Origin: Candidatus Poribacteria bacterium
Lineage (GTDB): Bacteria; Poribacteria; WGA-4E; JAJDTR01
Reading direction: 5' to 3'
DNA length: 64,000 nucleotides
Assembly: GCA_965222225.1 (NCBI GenBank)
Contig: CBDCTK010000002.1
Coordinates: 2,656,001 to 2,720,000 of the forward strand
Shown here: in pieces, positions 43,416 to 51,935 of the stretch
Layout: every line of letters starts with the position of its first letter
Numbering within the stretch: position 1 is the stretch's first letter
Made by a program: the position numbers and the translations under genes
Notes under the pieces: model-generated
Database searches by the model: none
What the model was told of the DNA's origin: nothing
What the model saw: the letters and a program-made list of their open reading frames with translations, nothing else

Positions 43416-44410
43416 GCGATAACAAAGCGGTTTATTCCCTCACCATCTGTGGTCAAGCCACAATTGATATGCACTCCCTCAACAACGAAGGAAGCGAGGG
43501 AAACCAGATTGCAACCCGAATGGTCAACGTCTACGATGAGGCGGGAAAACTCGCTGCCGTGAACGCAATTTCAGGCGATATGTTCAAACACATTCAAGCC
43601 GAACATCTGTTTCATCTGAGCAGAAATAGTGGACTGAAGCTATGTTCGGGGTGCCAAAGATTCAGTGCAAACCGTATCCTTGATGACGAGACTTTTGTCG
43701 ACAGCTTCGAAAAAAACACCCCCGACGAGGAGATAGTTGCAAAGATGGTGCAAATGTGTGCCATTGATGACGTTGAAGGCATTCTTGTTACAGCGAAGAA
43801 CAAATCCACGCCGCGCAAGTCGATTGTGGAGTTTGGTTGGGTCGTCGGCATACCCGAGTTGAACACGACAGATAACTACTTCCATGTCAAGTATGTGTCA
43901 GATAGTGGAGCACAAAACGCAGATGACAGCGACAGCGCTGATGGCGGTGGAGCTAATCTTGGACAGAACATCTTCCATCGTCCCGCGAATTCGGGGATTT
44001 ACGCAGTTGTCGCAGGGGTTGAGGTTTCACGGCTCGGTTTCAACGATATAAGTCAGGCTTATGCCATTGATGACCAGGAGCGAAATCAACGATACAAAAC
44101 GTTGATTGAGAGCCTACTTTGTACTTTTGTCGATCCAAACGGAGCCATGCGAAGTGCTCAGAATCCCCATCTCGTTAACTTTGAAGGGGTTGTCAGTCTA
44201 AGCACTAAGATTTTGCCCGCGCCAACAATCAGCCCGCTTAACGCCGAATATAAGGACGAAATCAGACGTGTTGCAGACGCGCTCAATCAGATTGAGACGG
44301 ACGCAATTGAACGCCACGAGTTTGACTCACTCGGCGGTTACGCTGAAGTGATGGCAAACCTTGCCAATACAACTGTACCTTTCAAAATCAGTTATAACGG
44401 AGGGAACTAA
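43412..44410 (+). CDS. cas7: Cas7 (DevR/Csa2 type)
   Basis: HSLNNEGSEGN, AISGDMFKH, CSGC, CAIDDVEG, RKSIVEFG. Confidence 0.9.
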   Translation: MSDNKAVYSLTICGQATIDMHSLNNEGSEGNQIATRMVNVYDEAGKLAAVNAISGDMFKHIQAEHLFHLSRNSGLKLCSGCQRFSANRILDDETFVDSFEKNTPDEEIVAKMVQMCAIDDVEGILVTAKNKSTPRKSIVEFGWVVGIPELNTTDNYFHVKYVSDSGAQNADDSDSADGGGANLGQNIFHRPANSGIYAVVAGVEVSRLGFNDISQAYAIDDQERNQRYKTLIESLLCTFVDPNGAMRSAQNPHLVNFEGVVSLSTKILPAPTISPLNAEYKDEIRRVADALNQIETDAIERHEFDSLGGYAEVMANLANTTVPFKISYNGGN

Positions 44411-44411
44411 A

Positions 44412-45113
44412 ATGTGGGTGTCAGCTACCTATAAGCCCGCCACGTTCTTTTCGCTCAAGCCAAGCAATGCTACATCGTCAGGCGGTAAAACGTTGTTAAC
44501 ACCAACGCCTTATGCGATAAAGATGGGGCTGTTAGATGCCGCTATACGCACATGTGGAATCAGTTACGGGGAGGAAGCATGGGAATGGATACGCGGCTTG
44601 TCATTCGCGGTACGTGTTCCCGACCGTGCGTTAGTTAACAACGTGTTCACGCGTATTCTGAAGCCTACTCGTTCTAAGGACAAGGACGGATACGATAGAA
44701 CTATCGGCTACCGCGAATATGTCCATTTCATTGGCGCCATGAAATTGGCATTTGAAATACAAAATGATTTGTTGGTTGATGCAAAGGGACAACAGTTGAA
44801 CAAACTTCTGCCTCACATCACATACTTGGGGAAACGTGGTGGATTCGTTCAATTAATTCCCCCGGTACAATCGCTTGAGACACTACCCGCTGACTTCACG
44901 CTTTTGAGTGAAAAAAGGGATACATGGCATATCCAAAGTCAGTTACAGCACTTGGACGATTGCGACGATGAGATGACTTTCGAGCAAGCCGATATTTACA
45001 GTGGGAAGAACGTTCGTGTTGGCAAGGAACGGCACACCTTTCTTGCCATGCTTCCCTATCGACTATTGAGATCGAGTCGTGGTTTTAGCGATTACGCGCG
45101 TCTGGACATCTGA
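44412..45113 (+). CDS. cas5: Cas5
   Basis: FSLKPSNATSSGGKTLLTPTPYAIKM, YREYV, YLGKRGGF; follows cas7. Confidence 0.87.
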   Translation: MWVSATYKPATFFSLKPSNATSSGGKTLLTPTPYAIKMGLLDAAIRTCGISYGEEAWEWIRGLSFAVRVPDRALVNNVFTRILKPTRSKDKDGYDRTIGYREYVHFIGAMKLAFEIQNDLLVDAKGQQLNKLLPHITYLGKRGGFVQLIPPVQSLETLPADFTLLSEKRDTWHIQSQLQHLDDCDDEMTFEQADIYSGKNVRVGKERHTFLAMLPYRLLRSSRGFSDYARLDI

Positions 45114-45122
45114 TTTTCTGTA

Positions 45123-45190
45123 TTAACGATGTGCTTCCATATACGCCCGCAAAGATATGGCGTGCTTAGGAATCACGACGTGGGAGTCTA
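45123..45190 (-). pseudogene. Second, internally deleted brnA-like remnant
   Basis: Reads VVIPKHAISLR-AYMEAHR*, i.e. the 46119-46473 protein with the stretch between its two LR dipeptides removed. Confidence 0.6.
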
Positions 45191-45211
45191 TCCGAGGCGT
45201 TGTAGGGGCAA

Positions 45212-46000
45212 TTAGTTGCTTGCTACTATCACGAGCACGAGAACAAAAGTCACAGCCATGAATCCCGCAATTACGAAACCAACCTCCCTTGGTTGTTCTG
45301 GAGGGGCGATTGCGGGCGTCGGAGGTGGTGGCGGTGGGCGGCCAAAAGTGACACCATTTTCAATTGCCTCGCCTTGCAGCATTACCATAATGGTTTCCGT
45401 AGTAGCGGGGTAGTATTGTATCCAGTGCGTTGACACCCCGGCCGGCAGGGACGTGGGATCAAAACTGTCGTAGTACAGATCGTAGGGCAGAGCTTCCTTG
45501 CGATGAAATTCAGTGATAATTGCACCGTGTTCGTAGGAACGATACGCATTAACCACCGCGGTAAGGATGTTTTCAGCCAAGGAATCTCCGTAGCTCTGAA
45601 GGGGTGTAGTGAGTCGGTCAATCTGTGCGCCTTCGCGCAAAGGTCCACCGTAGAACTTATACATCACATGGTCTAAGGGCAGGGGCTTTACGATTGAATT
45701 TGAAGCGTTAATAACCTGAATCGGGTTCAATCCTAACTCGTATGTGTCCTTGGTTTCATTCCGGCAGGAGGCGCCAATTCCAATGATGGCATTACTCGGA
45801 TTCCCAACTTGCCGGAATTCCGTGCAAATCAGTCCAAAGGTTAAGTCATGCGTCTCCAGCTTGCCAAGTTCTTGCATTCCTGTGTTCGATTCGTTTGGCA
45901 ACGTCCAAAGTTGCGATTGCCACTGTTTTACGTAGGGAGTGGAGCAGCCGATAGTTATAAGGGGAGTTACGAGTAAAATCAGTAGCGATATCCGTCCCAT
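45212..46000 (-). CDS. Hypothetical lipoprotein with Pro-rich linker and C-terminal membrane anchor
   Basis: Lipobox TIGC, PPPPPTP, hydrophobic C-terminus; AGGAG RBS. Confidence 0.72.
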   Translation of the reverse strand: MGRISLLILLVTPLITIGCSTPYVKQWQSQLWTLPNESNTGMQELGKLETHDLTFGLICTEFRQVGNPSNAIIGIGASCRNETKDTYELGLNPIQVINASNSIVKPLPLDHVMYKFYGGPLREGAQIDRLTTPLQSYGDSLAENILTAVVNAYRSYEHGAIITEFHRKEALPYDLYYDSFDPTSLPAGVSTHWIQYYPATTETIMVMLQGEAIENGVTFGRPPPPPPTPAIAPPEQPREVGFVIAGFMAVTFVLVLVIVASN

Positions 46001-46118
46001 AGAATTCTCCTGGTGTTTGGTGGGTCACTAGCAGAGTAAATGTATAGTGCGCCAATCCTTAGGTTGTGTTATGGTTTCCAATCTTCAGCATGCGCTAACG
46101 GAATGAAAGGAGCAATTC

Positions 46119-46473
46119 CTAACGCTGCGCTTCCATGTACGCCCGCAAAACGGCGTTCATGCGGGTCTGGTAACCTCGACCTTGGGATTTAAACCACGCG
46201 AGTACGTCACTATCAGGGATTTCTATCGCACTCCTTATTCAGTCGCTTGATCGCAGGGAGATGGCGTGTTTGGGTTGGGGTATCACGACTTGGGCGTCTT
46301 TCCAGAATGCTTCATCGGTGGGTTGGGCGTCGGGGTCGGATGCCGCTGCTTCATCAATCTCTGCCTCGGTCACTGTGGAATTTCTATCGCACTCGTTATC
46401 CACTCGTTTGATCTGTTTGTGTGTCGTCGGGGACGTTATCGGAACTGTTGTCAGAGTAGGTGGTAACAGACAT
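46119..46473 (-). pseudogene. BrnA-family antitoxin disrupted by two hairpin-repeat insertions
   Basis: MSVTTYSD...DDTQTD [insert 46384-46413] TEAEIDEAAASDPDAQPTDEAFWKDAQVVIPQPKHAISLR [insert 46223-46252] DSDVLAWFKSQGRGYQTRMNAVLRAYMEAQR*. Confidence 0.85.
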
Positions 46474-46475
46474 GG

Positions 46476-46757
46476 CTAATCCAGGTGATAACCGAATTCT
46501 TCGGTGAGGATGCGCTTCTCTTCTTCCGTGTCGGCCTCGACGATGTCTTTATGGAGGACATAGTAGTGCGTTGCTTCAAGGGCAACTTCAAGCGGCAACC
46601 CGAAGTTCCTAGCCGTTCCCTCAAGTGTCTCGTGTTCGGTGCGCATGGAGGCGATAAGGTGCCAAACGGTCATGTTCCTGCCCTTTATCCAGACCTGCCG
46701 CCGCCAGTTTTTGGGACGGGCTTCAAGATATTTGCAGGTTTTGCAGCGTTGGCACAT
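46476..46757 (-). CDS. DUF433-like antitoxin protein
   Basis: IKGRNMTVWHLI...ARNFGLPLEVALEATHYY; start uncertain. Confidence 0.7.
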   Translation of the reverse strand: MCQRCKTCKYLEARPKNWRRQVWIKGRNMTVWHLIASMRTEHETLEGTARNFGLPLEVALEATHYYVLHKDIVEADTEEEKRILTEEFGYHLD

Positions 46758-47002
46758 AATTTGGGAGCCTCTGAATCAATCTTTGTCACGGAAATTACCT
46801 CACTGTAGGAGCGATCAAGTAAGCGAATAGCGCACGCGATAGAGATCTTCTCCAGGTCGCGATTCCCTACTAAATTATATCCGAAATTCAAGGTTCACGC
46901 AAGGATTTAGACCGCCCCGTATGCATGTCTCTGAAAGAAACCGAGTTTTGTGGAAAAAACTCGGTTTCGTTGAACGTCCGTTACTCCTGTAGGAGGAAGA
47001 AA

Positions 47003-48112
47003 ATGAACCAACTCACTATCTCGGACTACGGTACATCTCTCGGCAAACGCTCGGAGCGCGTCAGCGTGCGGTACCGCGGGGTGGCGCGAGAGAAAGAGGA
47101 GCACGCTCTCATGGATCTGGATCAGATTGTCATCGCCTCGCGCGGGGTTAGCTTGTCGTCAGACTTGATTGAAGCCTGCACCGAGCGCGGGATCGAAATC
47201 TCGTTTCTCAGTTTCAGCGGCAAACCGTACGCCAAACTCAACAGCCCTTCGTTGACGGCGACCGTCATCTCGCGGCGCGAGCAACTCGCCGCCTATCACG
47301 ATGAGCGCGGGGTAGAGATTGCCAAGCGGTTCGCGGCGGGCAAGTTGCGGAATCAGATAAACCTGGTGCGCTATTTCGGCAAGTACCGCAAGAAAAGCGC
47401 GCCCAAGAGGTACGACGAACTGGCGGAGCGGGTTACCAAGATTGAGGGACTGATGGGAGATATTCGTGCCCTTCAAGCGCCGAAGGATGAAGGCAACGGG
47501 GTGTCGCCGATTGACGCCGCCCGCCCGACGTTGCTCAACCTTGAGGGGCGGGCGGGGGCGCTCTACTGGGAGTGCGTGCAACGGCTGCTGCCTGCGGGGC
47601 GATTCACGACACGTGAACATCAGGGCGCTGCCGATGATGTCAATTCGCTGCTCAACTACGGATACGGGATACTCTACTCGCAGGTTTGGAGCGCACTCTC
47701 GCTGGCTGGACTGGAACCTTTTGCGGGTTTTCTTCATGTCGATCGCCCCGGCAAACCGTCGCTGGTGTTGGATTTCATTGAGGAGTTCCGCCAACCGATT
47801 GTTGATCGGGTGGTGTTTGCGATGATTAACAAGAAATTCAGGGTTGAATGGGATGAGCCGGATGACGACGCCGCCAAATCCGCGCACCAGTCGGCAAAGC
47901 CGGAAGCGGATACCGACGTGCAGACGCAGCGGTATCTGAGCAAGGGCACGCGGCGTGCGCTCGCCGACCGGGTGTTGGAACGGCTTCAGGAGACGGAGCG
48001 GTTCGAGCGAAAAGACCAGAAGTTGTGCAATATCATCCAAATTCAGGCGCGTCATCTGGCGATGTTCCTGCGCGGGGAGAGGGATTATCAGTCATTTGTC
48101 TGTAGTTGGTGA
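47003..48112 (+). CDS. cas1: Cas1 integrase
   Basis: GKLRNQ, EGRAGALYW, NSLLNYGY, GFLH, SLVLDFIEEFRQPIVDR; AGGAGG RBS before ATG 47003; contains an acidic low-complexity insert (EWDEPDDDAA...). Confidence 0.96.
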   Translation: MNQLTISDYGTSLGKRSERVSVRYRGVAREKEEHALMDLDQIVIASRGVSLSSDLIEACTERGIEISFLSFSGKPYAKLNSPSLTATVISRREQLAAYHDERGVEIAKRFAAGKLRNQINLVRYFGKYRKKSAPKRYDELAERVTKIEGLMGDIRALQAPKDEGNGVSPIDAARPTLLNLEGRAGALYWECVQRLLPAGRFTTREHQGAADDVNSLLNYGYGILYSQVWSALSLAGLEPFAGFLHVDRPGKPSLVLDFIEEFRQPIVDRVVFAMINKKFRVEWDEPDDDAAKSAHQSAKPEADTDVQTQRYLSKGTRRALADRVLERLQETERFERKDQKLCNIIQIQARHLAMFLRGERDYQSFVCSW

Positions 48113-48263
48113 GGGGCGGGAAACCGATCAACCGAGTGGATAACGAGCAGGATAAACTATCGCCTTCGCTATTCGCTCAGTTGATCGATAGAGATCCTTT
48201 TTTTCTTGAAAACTCGGTTTCTGCTGACCACTAGTCACTGAGCACTGGCAACTGTGTTTTGCC

Positions 48264-48515
48264 ATGCACACGTACGTCATCTACGACATCGTCGAAGATC
48301 GAATCCGCAAGAAGATTGCGGATGTGTGCCTCGACTACGGCTTGAAGCGGTTTCAATACAGCGCTTTCTTGGGTGACATCAACACAACGCGACGCCGGGC
48401 GTTGGATGCAAAACTAACGCAGGAATTTGGGGACGCGGAGGGAAAGATTGAAGTCCTCTCCGTGTGCGCGAAAGATTTCGACCAACGCATTGTTATCGGA
48501 GACGCCGAAAGATGA
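48264..48515 (+). CDS. cas2: Cas2
   Basis: YVIYDI..DRIRKKIADVCLDYGLKRFQYSAF. Confidence 0.95.
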   Translation: MHTYVIYDIVEDRIRKKIADVCLDYGLKRFQYSAFLGDINTTRRRALDAKLTQEFGDAEGKIEVLSVCAKDFDQRIVIGDAER

Positions 48516-49084
48516 ATATACGGGTCAGCGACATCAAGCAGTACTTCTACTGTCCGCGCGTGGTCTACCACACCTACTTCACTCCGGTGCACCGTCCGAC
48601 GACGCATCCGATGGAACTCGGCGCCCTCGAACACGAGGTATTGAGCGTCTTGGAGCGCCGCCGGACGCTTGCCCGCTACGGGCTTGAGGCTGGCAGCCGG
48701 AAATTCCACGTTTCGCTTCATGCCGAGTCGCTGGGATTGACCGGCGTGCTTGACCTGCTTATCGAGACCGAAGCCGGGGCGTTTCCCGTGGAGTTCAAGA
48801 GCACGAGACAACGACTCGACCTGAACGCGAAATGCCAGTTGACAGCGTACGCGATGATGGTGGAGGAGTGCCTCGGCGTCACGGTGGCTCAAGGGTTTAT
48901 CTATCGGATTCCCACGGAGCGAATCACGCCGGTGACGATTTCGGAGGGGCTGCGTGAGAAAACGCGCGGCGCGATTCGGGATATCCGACGAATGCTGTCG
49001 GAGGAGTGGATGCCTCCGCCAACGCCACAGCGCGGGAAATGCGTCGAATGCGAATTTCGGCGATTCTGCGCGGATGTGTTGTGA
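48512..49084 (+). CDS. cas4: Cas4
   Basis: QYFYCPR, GVLD, PVEFK, QLTAY, CVECEFRRFC; ATG overlaps cas2 stop. Confidence 0.95.
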   Translation: MNIRVSDIKQYFYCPRVVYHTYFTPVHRPTTHPMELGALEHEVLSVLERRRTLARYGLEAGSRKFHVSLHAESLGLTGVLDLLIETEAGAFPVEFKSTRQRLDLNAKCQLTAYAMMVEECLGVTVAQGFIYRIPTERITPVTISEGLREKTRGAIRDIRRMLSEEWMPPPTPQRGKCVECEFRRFCADVL

Positions 49085-49499
49085 GGCAGCCAACTAAAAT
49101 CGTTGTGTTTCGCAAATCCGTTTTCTGCGGAAAATGTGGGTCGATTTGCGAAATCTTTGTAAAAGCGTGAAACGCAGGCGGGACGCGAGATGCGCCTCTC
49201 TGTTCGCGGATAGTTGTGAATCTTGCGGAATGACGAGAGGGCTTTTCGCATTAATTTCACCCCTATTTTCGATAGACTGGGTCAAGGTTCTGCGTACTCC
49301 ATACGATGTTTGGGGACAAATCGGCTATTTTCGAAAATCCGCGCGTAAACCAGTCGAATACCCATGAACACTGAATTCTCAGCGCTTGTGCCGTTTGAAA
49401 TTGACAGGGCAACGCCGATGTGTCAAAATTACACGTATGATGTACAAACGCAGGTGGTTTCTGCGTTTGGAGGAGTTTCGGCTACTGATCGCGAGGTCG
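49085..49499 (+). promoter_or_regulatory. CRISPR leader
   Basis: Non-coding stretch between cas4 and the first repeat; contains TTGACA near 49401; the degenerate repeat is at the opposite end of the array. Confidence 0.7.
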
Positions 49500-49821
49500 G
49501 TAGCAACCATTGCCGCGATGAAAAGCGGACTGAAAGTGACAAACGTTGGATAATATGTTATACTATACTAGCAACGTAGCAACCATTGCCGCGATGAAAA
49601 GCGGACTGAAAGTATCACGCATCATGGTAGGGATTTTTCTTTGTGCGTGTAGCAACCATTGCCGCGATGAAAAGCGGACTGAAAGGATACAAAGAAGAGC
49701 CAACCAAAAGAGACATCGTCCTCGTAGCAACCATTGCCCCGACGAAAAGGGGACTGAAAGGTCGAAGTGGGACGGATATATATTTGATTGGTTGAGTAGC
49801 AACCATTGCCCCGATGAAAAG

Positions 49822-50018
49822 GATCAAGCGACCGGACAGGGAGCGCGATAGCGTTCCGTCAAATGACCGATTAGGGAGCGCGATAGCAAGCATGTAAGAG
49901 TTATCTGGGCGCCAACAGCGGCACCTAGCTCACGTAGTTACCTTTGCTCGGATGAAAAGGAATGTCTTCAAGTGGGACAAGAAGATTTCTATCGCATTCG
50001 CTATTCGCTCATTTGATC
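49822..50018. mobile_element. Hairpin-bounded cassette inserted in CRISPR repeat 5 (cargo type A)
   Basis: Starts GATCAA, ends TTGATC, flanked by duplicated CCCGAYGAAAAG. Confidence 0.85.
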
Positions 50019-50104
50019 CCCGACGAAAAGCGGACTGAAAGTGCTCAACGCGGATGTGCATATCGCTATTGAGCGCAGTAGCAACCATTGCCGCGATGAA
50101 AAGC

Positions 50105-51103
50105 GATCAAGCGAACGGATAGTGAGTGCGATAGAGATTCCATAGAGTTCCTTCAAGCGACCGGATAGGGAGCGATCAAAGGAATGAATAATGACTGCGA
50201 TAGAGATTTCATAGAGTTACCTCAAATGGAGTTACCTCAAGCGACCGATTAGGCAGTAAGGCTTTCTATCGCATTCGCTAATCGCTCATTTGATCCCCGA
50301 TGAAAAGCGATCAAGCGAACGGATAGTGAGTGCGATAGTAAATCCCGTGCGATAGAGATTCCATAGAGTTCCTTCAAGCGACCGATCAAAGGAATGAATA
50401 ATGACTGCGATAGAGTTCCGTCAAATGACCGATTAGGGAGCAGGGCTTTCTATCGCCTTCGCTAATCGCTCAGTTGATCCCCGATGAAAAGGATCAAGCG
50501 ACACCGGACAGGGAGCGATCAAAGGAATGAATAATGACTGCGATAGAGTTCCCATAGAGTTTCCGCAAGCGACCGATTAGGGAGCGGGCTTTTCTATCGC
50601 CTTCGCTATTCGCTCAGTTGATCCCCGACGAAAAGGATCAAGCGAACGGACAGTGAGCGCGATAGCAAGCATGTAAGAGTAATCTGGGCGCCAACAGCGG
50701 CACCTAGCTCACGTAGTTACCTTTGCTCGGATGAAAAGGAATGTCTTCAAGTGGGACAAGAAGATTTCTATCGCCTTCCCTAATCGCTCAGTATTCGTTC
50801 GGTTGATTGCTATTCGCTTGCTTGAGGGATAATCTATCGCGCTCCTTATTCAGTCGCTTGATCCCCGATGAAAAGGATCAAGGGAGCGAATAGCGACCGC
50901 GATAGCAAGCATGTAAGAGTTATCTAGGCGCCAACAGTGGCACCTAACTCACGTAGTTACCTTTGCTCGGATGAAAAGGAATGTCTTCAAGTGGGACAAG
51001 AAGATTTCTATCGCCTTCGCTAATCGCTCAGTATTCGTTCGGTTGATCGCTATTCGCTTGCTTGAGGGATAATCTATCGCGCTCCTTATTCAGTCGCTTG
51101 ATC
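50105..51103. mobile_element. Five consecutive hairpin-bounded cassettes in CRISPR repeat 6
   Basis: 50105-50295, 50309-50479, 50492-50623 (repeat-only type B), 50636-50863 and 50876-51103 (type A, 240-nt period), each separated by CCCGAYGAAAAG(C). Confidence 0.85.
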
Positions 51104-51333
51104 CCCGATGAAAAGGGGACTGAAAGAGCGGCTAGTACCCTGCCGACCCGTAGGCTGCTTTTGTAGCAACCATTGCCCCGATGAAAAGCGGACTGAAAGG
51201 CCACTTGCAGTCAATGAGTAAGCATAGAAAGCCAGTAGCAACCATTGCCGCGATGAAAAGGGGACTGAAAGTCGTGATATGCGGCGCGGCTGGGATATTA
51301 CAAGCTGTAGCAACCATTGCCGCGATGAAAAGC

Positions 51334-51541
51334 GATCAAGCGAACGGATAGTGAGTGCGATAGTAAATCCCGTGCGATAGAGATTCCATAGAGTTCCTTC
51401 AAGCGACCGGACAGGAAGCAATCAAAGGAATGAATAATGACTGCGATAGAGATTTCATAGAGTTACCTCAAATGGAGTTCCCTCAAGCGACCGATTAGGC
51501 AGTAAGGCTTTCTATCGCATTCGCTAATCGCTCATTTGATC
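51334..51541. mobile_element. Type B cassette in CRISPR repeat 9
   Basis: Near-copy of 50105-50295; same junctions. Confidence 0.85.
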
Positions 51542-51773
51542 CCCGACGAAAAGGGGACTGAAAGGCCCAACCGTTAATCTCTTTAATCGGCTTAACGCCA
51601 GTAGCAACCATTGCCCCGACGAAAAGGGGACTGAAAGCGCGCAGCATCAACGATCTCCAGAGCGAGAAGTTGCGTAGCAACCATTGCCGCGATGAAAAGC
51701 GGACTGAAAGTCCATAAAAAGTTAGATGATTCCATACCAAAATTATAGTAGCAACCATTGCCCCGACGAAAAG

Positions 51774-51935
51774 GATCAAGGGAGCGAATAGCGACCGCGA
51801 TAGCAAGCATGTAAGAGTAATCTGGTCGCCAACAGCGGCACCTAGCTCACGTAGTTACCTTTGCTCGGATGAAAAGGAATGTCTTCAAGTGGGACAAGAA
51901 GATTTCTATCGCCTTCGCTAATCGCTCAGTTGATC
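51774..51935. mobile_element. Type A cassette in CRISPR repeat 12
   Basis: Same cargo as 49822-50018; same junctions. Confidence 0.85.

Noticed and set aside
46925-47002. N-terminal extensions of cas1 (and of the TonB receptor at 35582-35737)
   Set aside because: They run through palindromic repeats; better RBS-supported starts lie downstream.
50042-50077. Spacer 5 self-targeting cas6 (GCTCAACGCGG shared with about 38393)
   Set aside because: Only about 11 nt match. No spacer match to this window was found by eye, but the search was not exhaustive.
49822-51935. Cassettes as barcoded sequencing adapters
   Set aside because: Covariation, degenerate old copies, nesting and precise junctions argue for biology; read-level confirmation is still needed.
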